The notes beneath the pieces are model-generated. The model made no database searches. It had not been told where the DNA came from and saw only the letters and a list, made by a program, of their open reading frames with translations. 64,000 nucleotides of DNA from Amoebidium appalachense. Its lineage: Eukaryota > Protista > Ichthyosporea. The translations under genes were made by a program, and so were the position numbers. Shown here in pieces: positions 16,938-32,850 of this stretch. The DNA lies in assembly GCA_963693365.1 (NCBI GenBank), contig CAVNZM010000003.1, positions 2,803,087 through 2,867,086 of the forward strand, written 5' to 3'. How positions within the stretch are numbered: position 1 is the stretch's first letter; each line of letters starts with the position of its first letter.

Positions 16938-18077
16938 AGCGACCCACGCATAGCAACAGAGCCGTGTACGGAGGGCTAGTGCGCCAGTATTTTATGGTGG
17001 TAAGAGTGGCGGCACTTGCACTAGCTATGAGCCAAGCATAAGTCTGTTGCGATGTTGGTTAATCTTCCTAAGACGATTCAGATCTTTAATGCCTCCTGAA
17101 GTGGGTGAAGTAATTATACTGCTTGACAGCACACCCGTTGACGTCCACACGGGCTACACCCCAACCTACACCTACACCTAAATCCAGTCTTAACAAACTT
17201 CCCCTAACATTAGCCAAGTCAAAACCTATGTTCTTAGCCACCCGACCGTTTGCTCTTCACTCATTCAACCCGGCGCCCTGCCGTCCCCTTTTGGTAAGTT
17301 ACAAAAGAGGACAAAGCCGTGCCTCGGGCCGCGGCCACAGTTACGTGATTGCTGTTTCGGCGTGCATTGTGATTGGTCAATCCCTGTGAGCAGCCAATCA
17401 GCGCCTGTAGGCGGCTTTGCTCCCTAGAGTTTTGATATTGCTTTTTTTATTTACGAATGTGGCTGGGCCTCCGGCAGTGTCCACGCAATAAAAAGTGTGT
17501 AAACCCCTTTATAATGACTTTATTTTGATATTGCAGTTAAGGCTGTACAAGAATATTTCCAAAACACTAACAGCTCTATATTCATGCTGGATGCTTCGAC
17601 TTTCCTAAAGCATATAATATATTTTTATTAAATTTTATACTAATTATGTAAAAGGTTACCAGCAATCTAGCTGGATTAGGGTTAGTGAATGAATTTTTTT
17701 GATGAAATTGTCCATGAGCCCCTCGAGGGGAATGCACTGAATATGTAGAAGCTCTGTCGTCTTCTACACATGCTATTTCTTGAAAAGAGAATTCATAAAG
17801 TTGTGGTTTGTTATGGCTTATCATGGCTGCAAAGCTTTTTGGTATATGTTCTGGCCTATTGAACATGTATAGAGCGCCTCGGCATTCGACCGATGGACCG
17901 TGACACTTGTGCTCATGCGAACCTCACTGGAGCTAGGGGGAAGCCAAATCAGATCTGGCCAGATTCCTCTCCCCGACTATATAAACCACAAACACGAGCA
18001 GTTGGCAGACACCCAGCTGCAGACGCATCAGAGCGGACCGCAAGGACGCACCTTACCACCCCGCTCACCCCTCCACA
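16938..18077. promoter_or_regulatory. Divergent intergenic/promoter region between PIP5K and GCVT, with TATA-like TATATAAA at 17978-17985
   Basis: Head-to-head start codons at 16937 (-) and 18078 (+). TATA-like motif ~95 bp upstream of the GCVT ATG. CCAAT/ATTGG motifs near 17370-17400. Confidence 0.5.
17454..17509 (-). repeat. Dispersed 56-bp repeat (copy of 39528-39583)
   Basis: Reverse complement AAGGGGTTTACACACTTTTTATTGCGTGGACACTGCCGGAGGCCCAGCCACATTCG matches 39528-39583 with one mismatch. Confidence 0.85.
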
Positions 18078-18917
18078 ATGCATCTGTTGAAGAATGTGGC
18101 GCCCGCCCTCGGGGGCGTGTCTCACCGGTTCATGGCCACCGCCGCGTCTGTAAGTTCCCCTCTTTCTTCCTTGCCGGCCCCCCTTTTCTGGTAGTTTTGC
18201 GTTGTCTAACATGGGGTGTGAAGGGGCCACTCAAGCTGACGGCGCTGGATGCGTTCCACAAGGCGCACGGCGGCAAGATGGTGCCGTTCTGTGGCTGGAA
18301 CATGCCGCTGCAGTACAGCGACCTGGGCATTATTGATTCGCACCTGTTCACACGCTCCAGCGCTTCTATCTTCGACGTGTCTCACATGTTGCAGCTCAGG
18401 TGTGTGCCCTGCTGCCTCTCATGTGGTTTTCTGAGTGGGTGGCGCGGACGCTGATTGGAAGTTAGTTTTCCTGCTAGTCCGCTGCCAGCTGTATATAACG
18501 AGTGCTTGTTTCAGAAGCTCTGGCTTGCCGAGGGTCAGTTGGGAGAGCAAAGACCTGGTCAGTGTTTGTATAAGGGGCGCCGAGGGGGGAGTGGGGAGGG
18601 GAGGGAGGGTTGGGTGGGGGGGAGGAGGGGTGGGGTGGGGGGGGGGTGGGGGAAAGGAAAGGACCGTGGGCTCAGAAGGCTATGACACTGGCATGGATTC
18701 GGGTATAGTCAGCTTTTACAGTCAAGGAGGAATGAACAGCCAACGCATGTGTCTCTAGGGGAGGGAGGGAGAGAGGCTTGTGCTGATGTTGCTGGTGCAG
18801 GATGCACGGCATGGACCGTGTCAAGTTCATTGAGAAGCTGGTCGTGGGCAACATCGCAGAGCTGGAGAACGGCAACGGCACCCTGGTATGTGTGTGTGGG
18901 TGTGTGGGTGGGTGTGT

Positions 18918-18955
<38 letters not shown>

Positions 18956-19580
18956 TAGAGACTAGTTACCCTGGTAGTGGGATGGACGAGTGTAGTCTGC
19001 AGAGGAGGGTGTTCTGTTTGCTTGGGGGGAAAGGAGAGGTGGAGCAGGCTAGGGGGGTATGTAGCAGCGGGGGAGAGAGGGATATGAGGGAGTAGACACA
19101 CCAGAGGGTGGGCCTGGCTGACCTGTGCCGTGCAGTCGCTGATCACCAACGAGAAGGGCGGCATCAAGGACGACACCATCATCAACAACGCCGATGACCA
19201 CCTGTATGTAGTGTGCAATGCTGGCTGTGCTGACAAGGACTTGGCTCACTTCCAGGTAGACTACCCCCCTTCCCCCCCCCCCTCCTCCCCTCCCTTAACT
19301 CTTCCTCCCCCCCCCCCCCCTTCCTCCTTTACACGCCCCCTCCCCTCCCCCCTCCCCTCTTCCTCCTTTCCCCCTCCCCCCTCTTCTTTCCCCTTTACAC
19401 TCCCCCCTCCCCCCCCTCCCTTCCTCGCTTCCACCTCCCTTCCCCCTCGTCCCCCTCTTCCTCCCTACCTCTTACACCCCACCTGCTTCCTCTCCCTCAC
19501 TCCCCCCCCGCCCCCCCCCCTCTCTACTTGCCGACCTTCCCTCTCCCCTTTGTTTTCCTTTCTCTCAGTGTCTCCTCTGT

Positions 19581-19621
<41 letters not shown>

Positions 19622-19737
19622 ACACACATACCATAGGCCCTTCTCTCTCCCCCACAACCCCATTCTTCCCCTCTTTCCCCTAGCCACTTGCTCTCCTCAC
19701 TCCTCCCTCCGCCCTTTCCACTTTCCCTGCTCCCCCT

Positions 19738-19769
<32 letters not shown>

Positions 19770-19909
19770 CCTCCCTGTCTCTTCCCCTCTCTCCCCCCAT
19801 CCCCGTCTTCCCTCCCCCCCCCCCCCCCCCGCCCCTGTCTCTTCCCCTCTTTCCCCCCTATCTCAGTCTTTCCTTCCTCCCTCCCTCCCTAACTCCCTCT
19901 CCCCCCCCC

Positions 19910-19943
<34 letters not shown>

Positions 19944-20175
19944 CCCTCCCCGTGCTCCTGCTTCCCGTCTCCCACCTGAGGATCGCTTCCGATCTCGCCT
20001 ACCACTCTGGTCTTCCCCTGCGTGTCACTTTTCCCCCCCAGCTGGCACTGACTGGTTTGTGCAGGAACATGCCAGCGCCTTCCGGGCTGCCGGTGGGGAT
20101 GTGACGGTGGAGGTGCTGGAGGCAAACGCCCTGCTGGCCCTGCAGGGTACGTGGGTGGGTGTGGGTGTGTGTGTG

Positions 20176-20209
<34 letters not shown>

Positions 20210-20902
20210 GGGGGGGAGAACGAGTCGGTTGGTGGATGGGGAGGGGAAAGACCGTATGGATTTTATGGTCGTCTGCAGTGGACGGGCTGACTTGCAGATG
20301 TGTGCTGCATGGGGCCATGTGCACGGGTGTGTGCCTTGAAGCCTGTGCTGCTGTGCTGTGTGTGCATGCCTCTAACCAATCACATGCAGGGCCCAAGGCG
20401 GCGGCAGCACTATCTAAGCTCGTCAAGGTGGACCTGAGCAAGCTCTACTTCATGATGGGCACCAATGCCACAGTGGCTGGGGTGGACAACTGCCGCATCA
20501 CCCGCTGTGGATACACGGGGGAGGATGGCTTCGAGGTGCGTGTGTGGCCCTGCCTGCTTGCTGCTCTGATGGGATAGGGGTGCAAAGGGGGGGGGGGGGG
20601 GGGGGGGGGGCGCATGTGTAGTGGTGTAGATTGGCTGATAGGATGTGGGGGTAGGGAGGGTGTGCAGTGTTGGTTTCAGGTGGATAGTGACACGTGGTGC
20701 TGCAGATCTCCATTCCCAAGGAGCACGTGGCATCAGTGGCCAGTGCTCTGCTTGCTGACCCCACAGTCAAGATGGCTGGCCTGGGTGCCAGAGACAGTCT
20801 GAGACTCGAGGCGGGCCTGTGTCTCTACGGGTGAGTGCAAATCAGTGCGCAGTGGGTGGGTGTGGTGGTTGAGGTGGTGCTGGTGCTGGTGCTGGTGGTG
20901 GT

Positions 20903-20964
<62 letters not shown>

Positions 20965-22392
20965 TCTGTGTGTGTGTGTGTCTGTGTGTGTGTGTTGGTC
21001 CGGGGGGGGGGGGGGGGGGGAAAGACATTGCGGAGGCATGGGGGGAGGTGAGGGGCGGGGGAGGGGGGGGGGGGGGAGAGGGTGCAGGGATGGAATGTTA
21101 ACTGACTTGTGGTTGTGCAGCAACGACATCACGGAGGAGACCACCCCCATCGAGGCATCCCTGGCATGGACCATCGGTACGTAACGTCCATGCATTGTGT
21201 CTCTCTCTCTGTGCCATGCGTGCACTGTGTATGTCTGTCTCGGTGCCTTGCATGCACTATGTGTGTCTCTCTCTGTGCCGTGCATGCACTGTGTGTGTCT
21301 CTCTCTGTGCCGTACATGCACTGTGTGTGTCTCTCTCTGTGCCGTGCATGCAGTGTGTGCCTCTCTGTGTGTGCATAGGGGCTTTGTGTCTGGCTTAGGC
21401 CCATGCCTTGCGCTTGTGAGTATGCTAACTGGGTGTGTGCAGGCAAGAGGCGGCGCACGGAAGGCGGGTTCCTGGGCAGTGACGTCATCCTGGACCAGCT
21501 CAAGAACAAGGGCGGTAACCGCAGGCTTGTGGGCTTGGCCGTGGCCCCGGGGGCGCCCGCAAGAGGTGTGTGCACGTGTGTCTGGTGCCCTGCATATAGT
21601 GCTTGTGTGTGTGTTGGGCATGTGTGTGTGGTGTTCATGTGTGTGTGGGTTGCATGTGTGTGTGGTGCTGCGCATGTACACGCCGTGTGTATGGTATGCA
21701 CATCGTGCGTGTGGTGTGCATGTGTGTGTGATGTGCACGTGTGTGAGTGATGTGCACGTGTGTGTGTGCACGTGTGTGTGTGATGTGCACGTGTGTGTGA
21801 GATGTGCACGTGTGTGTGTGGTGTGCACGTGTATGTGGTGTGTGTGTGTGCCGTGCATGTGCACCTGTTATTGTATGCAGGCAGGGGGCCTTGATGCTGA
21901 CCATATCTGCCCCTGCAGAGAAGTGTGAGATCATCGATGCCAGCGGCAACACCATCGGTAAGCCTCCTGGCCCCCTAAACCCAGCCAGCATGCTCACTTG
22001 ACACGACCCACGCCCACATCTGCAATTTGTAAAACATTTACTTCTCCCCCCCCCCTCCCCCCCCCCCCCAACACACACACACACACACACACCCTCCCCA
22101 CCCCTTCTCTCACCCCCTCCTTCCTCCTGCCTTCCTCCCCTTTGTGGCACGCTTGTCCCCCTCTCTGCCGCCACCAAAAGAAAACTGACCCGATATGTGC
22201 ATACGTACGTGCATGGGACTAAGATCACAATACGTGCCCTCTGGGCCACAGTACCAGTACAAGCACTGCATTCATTGTCTGACTGCATGTGTGCACAGGC
22301 ATCACCACCAGCGGCCAGCCCTCGCCATCACTCAAGGCCAACATTGCAATGGCTTATGTCGACAAGAAATTTGCTAAGGTGCGTGCGTGCGT

Positions 22393-22432
<40 letters not shown>

Positions 22433-22987
22433 TTTGTGATGCATTGGCATTGATGTGTGGTTGCATGCCGGGGCCACTACTATATGCAACCTTCCAAGAG
22501 TTGACGTTTTGCGATGGAAATTATAAAATAAACAACTAGATGGCTTTTTTCGTGTAGGACTCGGTAGTCGAGACCCATCGATCCCTACAGGAAAAGACAA
22601 CGAACCGTACTTTTTATTCTCTATCCTGCAGCACATATGTTTACTTGCCATGCTAACCGATGCTTAGGATACATGTATATTCCACCACAGACGTTTGACA
22701 CACAGGTTTTGCCCATGTGCCGATGAGCTTCCAATCTGGTTTGTTGACACACCAACTCATCTTCAGACACACTATGCACTCACATTACGATTCAGCCAAT
22801 GGATTTGGTGATCTCACATGAGCGCGGTAGTGTCTTGTGTTGGTGCATGGTGCGTCTCTGTTTCTGTGTGCTGACATGATGAAATGTGCAGAGCGGCACC
22901 GAGGTGCAGGTTAAGGTGCGCAAGAACATCCAGCCGGCCAAGGTCACCAAGATGCCGTTTGTGCCCAGCAACTACTACCGCCAATAA
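18078..22987 (+). CDS. GCVT: Mitochondrial aminomethyltransferase (glycine cleavage system T protein), 12 exons
   Basis: Presequence [20 protein letters not shown]; then [118 protein letters not shown] introns keep the frame. Confidence 0.97.
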
Positions 22988-23166
22988 CACTACCATAAAT
23001 GGTCATGGGAGCACTACCATAAATGGTCATGGGGCTGGTTCCCCGCCATAGATCACCGGCCCAGGCAGCATCCTGAAGCCGGTCTGTACATAGCCGACAG
23101 GCAGAGCACGTAAATGAATGCAGCCGCTAGGCGTTGTGGCCTTGCACAAGTATTGCAAATCAATAA

Positions 23167-23350
23167 ATGATCACTGCCATGCACATGTAGTGCAGATGAA
23201 CATTTGATCACTGCCATGCACATGTAGTGCAGATGAACAAATGATCACTGCCATGCACATGTATGTAGTGCAGATGAACAAATGATCACCAGGTTTATTG
23301 CGGATCAATAAATGCAACCACACTGCCAGGCACAAGTAGTGCAGATGAAC
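23167..23350. repeat. Short degenerate tandem repeat (ATCACTGCCATGCACATGTAGTGCAGATGAACA) downstream of GCVT
   Basis: Three to four visible copies. Confidence 0.7.
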
Positions 23351-23587
23351 TTGAAATGCGTTCACACTTGCACATGAATGCAAATGAATCATGGTTCTGA
23401 ATGCAGCCACACAGCTGGTGTGGTTGCCGTGCACACATGTATTCTGTGACACACACATTCACCATTAGCTGTGCCGGGTGCACATGTACATGGGTGTGTC
23501 TCTGGCTGAGTGGGTGTGCAACAAGGCTTCTTTAGCTGTCCGACTGCACATATCATCATGTGATGCAAAGCTCCCCTCCCCCCTTCC

Positions 23588-23618
<31 letters not shown>

Positions 23619-23706
23619 AAAAAAAAAAAACCTTCACTCGCATTGTTCAAACAAAATCCCTAGGCTCCCCCCCCCCCCCCCCCCCCTCATAATACACACC
23701 GTGGCG

Positions 23707-23761
<55 letters not shown>

Positions 23762-24355
23762 CTTCCTTCCACCCCAGGCCCCCTGGCCCCTTATGATCTG
23801 CATTCAAATTTACTGCATGCTGCATTAGTTGGCCCGTGCACACACAACCAGATGTTTGCTCACATAAGCAAACCGCTTGTTCCTTATCCGGTGGGTGACA
23901 CTGTATGGCCACTATTGAACTCAAATTTGGAAACACCGCTGTTGTTCGAGTTGGATTTCGTAAGCAGGGCTAAGGGGTCGAAACTCAGATACAGATAATG
24001 AATGTTTGGACCTCTCTTGAGGATGGGTACCGGCTAAATACTATTGATAAATCTGCACATGTCCTGCACCGGTGCCGTGCCTCTCATCGTGTACTCGTGC
24101 CTTGTACCGCATGATCATCGATGATATAATTTCTGAGTTTGAAATGGAAGCCAGTGGTGCCTCGGATATCGACGTCCTCCCTGGTGGCACCCCCCTCCCC
24201 CCCTCCCCCCCCCCCCCCCCTCCCCCCCCCCCCCCCCCCCCCCCCCCCCAAAAAAAAAGGGGAAAAAAAAAACCACAAAGACATGCATGCGCACCACACA
24301 CACACGCACACGCACACAACTTGAAGCACGCACACGCACGCACACACACACGCAC

Positions 24356-24429
<74 letters not shown>

Positions 24430-24679
24430 GCACTGCGGTCCCCCCCCCCCCCCCCCCCCCCCCCGGGGAAGGGCCCACCTTCTCAGGTGGGTGGTGTGCC
24501 CCCCCTCCCTCTTCCCCATCCTCTCCTCCCCCCTTCCCCCCGCTAGCCGGAGGGGTGGATGCCCCCTCCCCCTCCCCCTCCCCCTCCTCCCCCCTTTAAA
24601 GTTACTACTACCCTTCTCCCCGTTTCAAAAATATATCAAGAATCCCTTACTTCTCCCTCTCCCCCCCCCCCCTCCCCCC

Positions 24680-24740
<61 letters not shown>

Positions 24741-25840
24741 ACCCGTTGTGCCCTAACGACAAGCAAAAATCACGGTATTCACTCAAGCCGCTGATATCAT
24801 GTGCATGGCATGTCATGATCACCGCAGCTGGTGGCACGCTGTGCACACTTTGCTGCATTTGCCATCAACCCTAGTAGCAAGGGGTGCGTGAGAACTATGT
24901 ACACTACAACGGGTGTCTCGTGAGGTATTCTGAGGTAGAAAAATTAGGATACTGGGTCACCGGAGAGCCTCTCGGATTGATTACTTGTGTCTAAGTGATC
25001 AGTTGTATCTAAGTGTCTTAGTGATCAGTTAAATGTGTAGCTACACGGAAATTTCTCGACGTGCCTAGACCAGTATGTACATGCCGAGCCTCAGGTACTA
25101 CCTTTGGGTGTTTAGCGGTTAAAGCATGCCCGCAACCAATTGGAGTTGGGTGCCTGATGAAGTATCTGATCAACATGTGGCCAATATTTGCCAGACAGCA
25201 CATTTTGTTCAATCAGTGGGCATGCAACTGGGCCGAGTTGAACGGGGTTTCTGTGATTTTTCGTGAGTGACACTGAACACCTGTCGCATGTAGCAAAAGG
25301 TCTTCGAATTTGATATGCATCAGAAGTTTCAGAACTCGTCTTTGAATCTTTTAGCGTTGTGAAGCCATGCCAACTGTTAGCGTGGGGCGGACCAATTTAG
25401 CTGGGTGCACTTGGGCCAACATCATGGCATCCCAGTCACGTGATTGGTCAAATGTCACGGCTAGCAACATGTGGCCAGACAGCCAGTACCAGTGCATTAG
25501 CACATGATCGATGGCGCATGTATATATGCTCCATGGGTGATAACCACTCATGCCCAATATGCATGATCATGATATGCTTTTTGCGAATGGCCGTGACACG
25601 TGTGTGCGTCTGCCCAATATGCATGATCATGATATGCTTTTTGCGAATGGCCGTGACACGTGTGTGCGTCACATGTGCGGTTATGTGTGTGTGTGTGTTG
25701 TGTGTGCATGACATTGTACGTTTAGTGTGTGCGTGGGAGTGTTTGTGTGAGTGGGTGAATTGTTGTGCAAGTGCACGTTATAGTACTGTCTGTGTGTGTG
25801 CGCATATGTGCGTTTGTAACGTGTGTGTGTGTGTGTCTGT

Positions 25841-25920
<80 letters not shown>

Positions 25921-26459
25921 ATGCGCACGTACCGTAGTTTGTAACGCGTGTGTGTGTGTGTTTGGGGGGGGGGGGGGGGGGGGGGGGGGTGGGAGGGGAG
26001 GTGGGGGGAGTGGGGAGGGGATTAATCAAGCCGAAGGCTGGATTGCTGTTTAGAAGGTCTTGGATTTAATAGAGGTTTTATCTGCCATTGCATACACGTG
26101 GCGTCACTATGTATGTACATTGTCACGGGCTGTCCACAGCATTGGTACGAAGAGCGCACGATAGCCCCCACAGACCTAGAGCACTGGTACAATAAGCCAC
26201 GAATACAGGGCATACACACATGAGCATGTACAGGGACACCGTGACAGAGCTAGCCCCCCCCCCCCCCCAAAAGGAAAAAGTGGATTGCCAGTGCTCACCT
26301 TCCACCATAGGTACGCGTCCGTACACGTGCACTGGCCCACTGCATGCAGCAGCAGGGACGATTCCCGGACGAGGGACAAAGGCAATAAACTGGTCCTCTT
26401 GCCTGCTTGATTTCGTGCCCACAAAATACACCATAAATTTCATGTATACAAAATAGTTC

Positions 26460-27990
26460 AGGATACCGCAACCTGCAAAACGAAATCTTCACTGAGAAGG
26501 CCATGCCGCAAGTCACAAGGTATTTGCAGAGGGAGAGTGTGCTCTTCATTCGGAAACTCCAAATACGGTGGGTGGGCTGTGGCATGGTTCAGGATTTTAT
26601 TGGCTGGGTTGGTCACTTCCTTGTTGAATATTTTTTGGTCAAGCCGGGCCCATGCACATTTAAGTACATTATCAAATCGATCACGGTGATGTCAGGCATA
26701 GAATTAAGCAAGTCGTACCGTGAAATTGGCTGTTCAACATTTGCAAGACATAGTATTACCTGATGAAAGAACCAGCTGGCAACCACTAGAGACCCCATGC
26801 ATATGAGCCTAGGGGCAGACAGAACAGGCGGCAGGCGGCACTGCCCCAAGTGTGCACACGAACACATGTTTCAGTATCAGACGGACACCTGCGGCTAGGG
26901 TTGCAGGCATCAAAGCAGAAGGGTCCAGGCTTCTTGTCCATTGGCTGGTTGAGGGTAAGGAAAATGGCCACTTTACACAAACATGATGTTTTTGGTTGGT
27001 ACGGGCCAAGCTGAGCAAGTGTAAGGGAACGTGTGTGACGTGCACTCGGCATAGGCCCGCATACGATAATACCCGCAGGCCAGCCCAAGACATATGCAGC
27101 CAGGGGCACTTGCACACAGTTGAGTAAGGTGCTACTGCCTGCAGTGGGTGTCCTTTCACTGCACGCCAGCAAGGCAGTGGACCCTAGGTCCCACCAGCAA
27201 AGACGGCAGCTAGGCGGTGGGTACACAAAGACACGGCCCTGCTGCGCTGGCTTTTATTCAGCACAGAAAACCTACGAGACGTGTGGCAACAGGGGTATGA
27301 TTACGGAAATATGGCCAAACACTGTGGCCTCAAGCTAGCTGCTCGGTTACATGGATGTTATAGACATTAGAGCAATAGGAAAGCTAAGGTGTGGGGCATA
27401 TATCAGCACCCAGATAAAAAACTCTGATCCTTCGTTTTGTCGTTGTGCACCTGCACACAGTTCTTTCTGTCTGTACCTGGAGGGACTAGAAGTTGGGGTC
27501 CAGCTGGACGTGCTTGGCGCAGTAGTTGATGCCAGGCAGAGGCCTGCGGCTGCACAGGCCCGCACAGCACTTGGGGGGTGTGTGTGTATTTAGCTGCTCG
27601 AGGCTCTTGCGCTGCACCACGGCCAGCACGAGCTGCCGCTGCTGCTCGTCACGTGCAAGCAGCCGCGCCCCTGCGTCACGCTGTAGCCGCGCTATCTCCT
27701 CGCGGCATTTTTTTTCTGTCGGGTCCAGCTCACTGGGTGTCCATACGGGCAGGCTGTCGGGGGTAGGTGCTATGGCACTTGCTGACTTTGTGGTGTGCGT
27801 CAGCATCTCCGCGACACTCACAAGACTGAGGAAAGGCATGGTGGCGGCACTATGGCCTACAGTGGGCGCATACACAGGGGTGGCCACAAACGGGGCACTG
27901 GGTTGCTTGGAGCGTGCTCACAAAAATACAAAGCGTGGTGCTAGCCAGGGTGGCGAGGAAACTGCCAAGAACAACCTGAAGTAGGGTGTG
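26460..27990 (-). pseudogene. Probable decayed gene with zf-C3Hc3H-like fingers (INO80D/KANSL2-like); boundaries uncertain
   Basis: ORF 27486-27887 ends in KCCAGLCSRRPLPGINYCAKHVQLDPNF. An in-frame TAG (27486-27488) follows, before a plausible donor site (CTCCAG|gtacag). Downstream Cys-rich fragments occur in shifting frames. Confidence 0.45.
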
Positions 27991-28959
27991 TCGGGGTGTG
28001 TCACTACCATAACGCTTGTTTGCGTCCTTTACGTTTACTTGTCAATGCTAGAAATTTGTGGAGAGTGCAAGCTTTGCGCCAGATACGTAAAAGGATGTGT
28101 GTGCTGCTACATATACAGCGTGTTGTTCTCTGCTCTTTCAGACTGCTTCCGTTGAAGGCTCAAACTCTCCTGGTATGCTTCATTGCGCTTTCTTTACATA
28201 ACAGCTGAACTTGAGAGAGGGTGTCGTAGAGACGGTCGTTACGGAGGATAAAGGTAACGAAGGTTGTTGTGTTTATTGAATTACAGGGTAACTTAGCGGA
28301 ATATATGAAATTTCGATTTAGGTTTCAAAAGATGGCTGAAGTTGATGATCAGAGCCCTCCTTTGCAGAATTGCAAAGTATTTCACACAATTGATTTGGGG
28401 AAAGTTTTGGCTTTCAACGTTTATGTAAGTGCGAGATCTGTATTCTATTGGTACAAGAATATATGGCATTTTAATGAAGTGATTTGTAGCATTTTTAAAA
28501 ACCACAAAACATGCACTGTTTAAAGATATAGAAGTTAAATAATGGTTGGTGAATTATGGTTTTAATAAGATTTAAAAGAGCGAACATTCGAGGCACGTCT
28601 CGCGTAGGAATAAAACAAGACCAATCAGTCGAGTTGCGGTCCAATAGCCACAACCGACACGCCCCAAATATGGTTCTTTTGTAGCGCTCAAGATTGGTTG
28701 AATAGAAGAACGTTTGAGTCCCCACAGGCTCGTGATGACCTATTAGTACTGTGCAGGTAAATCGGTGCCACGGTGGGCCCGTCACCTAATCACAAACATA
28801 AAAGTAACAGACAAAGTCCTGCACTTTAAATTTAGCATTTTTGAGCTTAGATATGTATATAAATATAGCTATTTAAAGAACGATAACTATTCCTCTACAG
28901 GCACATACTAGTAGGGTAAACTACACATGTAATCGATAATTGAAATTTACAATAGAATT

Positions 28960-29474
28960 TTTTTTTCTTTTTTCTTTTTTTTCTTTTGACTGGATTTATT
29001 CGACGGAAAGATATGCAAGTATGCACGGCATACTGAGAAGACAATAAAAACTTCACGAGTTATCCAGTAACAAGTGCATACTGAGATACCTGAACACTGT
29101 GTGAAAATCATATAAATACTCAATGTGACGACCAACAGAATTCAACAAAAAGTCTAAAGTGTTCACATTGCCAGCTAGTGTAGCAGATACCCGGAGGGAA
29201 AGAGGTAAAACGCGACATTTCACACCTATCAAGATGCTTGCGATTAAAAAGGTCAGCACAAAAGTGGCACCAGCGGCGATGAATACAAGAATTACAGCGC
29301 CACTGCACAACTTCCCAGGCAACATCAACATCAGAGCACCATACAGACTTATCTACGTTTTTTTGTAGGGTGGTATCCATACGTACAGCAGGAGAAATGT
29401 ATCCTGCCAAAGCTCCCAAAAAGCGATAATGATCAGTACGGTGTTGCCTAAGGAACATAACACATGCCGACTGT
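28960..29474 (-). repeat. Dispersed ~500-bp A-tailed repeat, inverted copy of 62220-62735
   Basis: Long direct sequence match on the opposite strand. Ends in AATAAATCCAGT(C/T)AAAAGAAAA plus an A-rich tail. Confidence 0.85.
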
Positions 29475-30728
29475 GAAAATTGAAATTTCTATCATACCCG
29501 GACACGCGCGCGTACTGTACATGTGGGCTAAAACGCCACTCTAAGTGCGTATATTCTCGACCATGGGCTTGAAGCTTTGGACAATGCCGTGGTACTCAGC
29601 CAAAGACCTGGTCCCTGCCACTCACTACGAATTGTAGTGGACCTGTGTGATCAGCCCGCTGCCCGGGCCAGATGTCGATGGGCCCGGCGGCGCCTCCGCC
29701 CAGCCTGTCGGCAGGACAGATGCGTGAGCCACGGGCCGGTCAAGCTCGGCGACCCAGCCGGGCCTGTCACATTTTCGGGAACGTTTTTTCTATTTTCAGC
29801 TTTTCTTTTGTCTCAGTTTTTTCAGTTTTTTTCTCAGCATCTTTCGAAGTGGGCGAGAAATTAGTAGAAAATGTGGCCACCCTCAGAAGAAGAGCTTGTA
29901 AAGCTGTACATGCTGTTTATAACATCAGCTGCTCAATCATGTTTGCTGTTGTTGGAAGGGTTTGTTACGGCTCTGGTAAATGCCGGCTATAACATGGCTT
30001 TACAGAACTCTCAGGCCTTGGTTTCCATAGCTAGGGCCGCTTGGGTGTCTGAAGAGTTTGGTGGGACTGTGGTTTTTGACGGGTTTGAGGTTCCCACACG
30101 TTTTTTAATAATGAGCGCAATGCAGGCAGAAATCACTTTCCATCCACTTTCCATCCATGCGAACTGACCTCAACCGCCAGCGTCGCTGCTTTATGAAGGC
30201 TGCGTGAACTCTGCCGCCAAAAACAGCCAATCAATGTTAAGCGCGCCAAAACTTTTAGCCAATCAGCGTTAACTGGCGACGAGCCCTGACGGGATGGAAA
30301 TCGACACCTCATTTTATGGCCGACAGGCTCGTCGGGGTGGCGATGGGCCCGGCCAGGTCTAATCACACAGATCGTTGAACTGATACGAGGAATTTGACCG
30401 CATACCAACGGCCGACGAGCCCCCGGCGGCGAGCCGATCACACAGGTCCAGTCTACGATCATCTTTGATGTAAAAAATGAAAGCAAAGACCCGCATGTTT
30501 ACCGGTTGGTTTAGGGGGAATCAGGTTGCTATTGGCGCACATTCCAACTGTCGAGTTGAGTTGACTCAGAGTTGACTTAGCTCGGCAGACTCAGACAGTC
30601 AAAACGGTGGAACTTTTGCCGTCTGCCACTCGACGGTCAAGCCAGTGAGAGCCTTCATGCTCGTCTTGTAGGCCTCGCTGGCACTGACGGAGGCATTCAG
30701 CTAACAGTGGTGGCTTTAGCTTTACTAG

Positions 30729-32850
<2,122 letters not shown>

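Noticed and set aside
27486-27488. TAG reassignment or readthrough
   Set aside because: TAG is the normal terminator of the glycosyltransferase, PIP5K and DCTN4 models, and the surrounding region shows other signs of decay.
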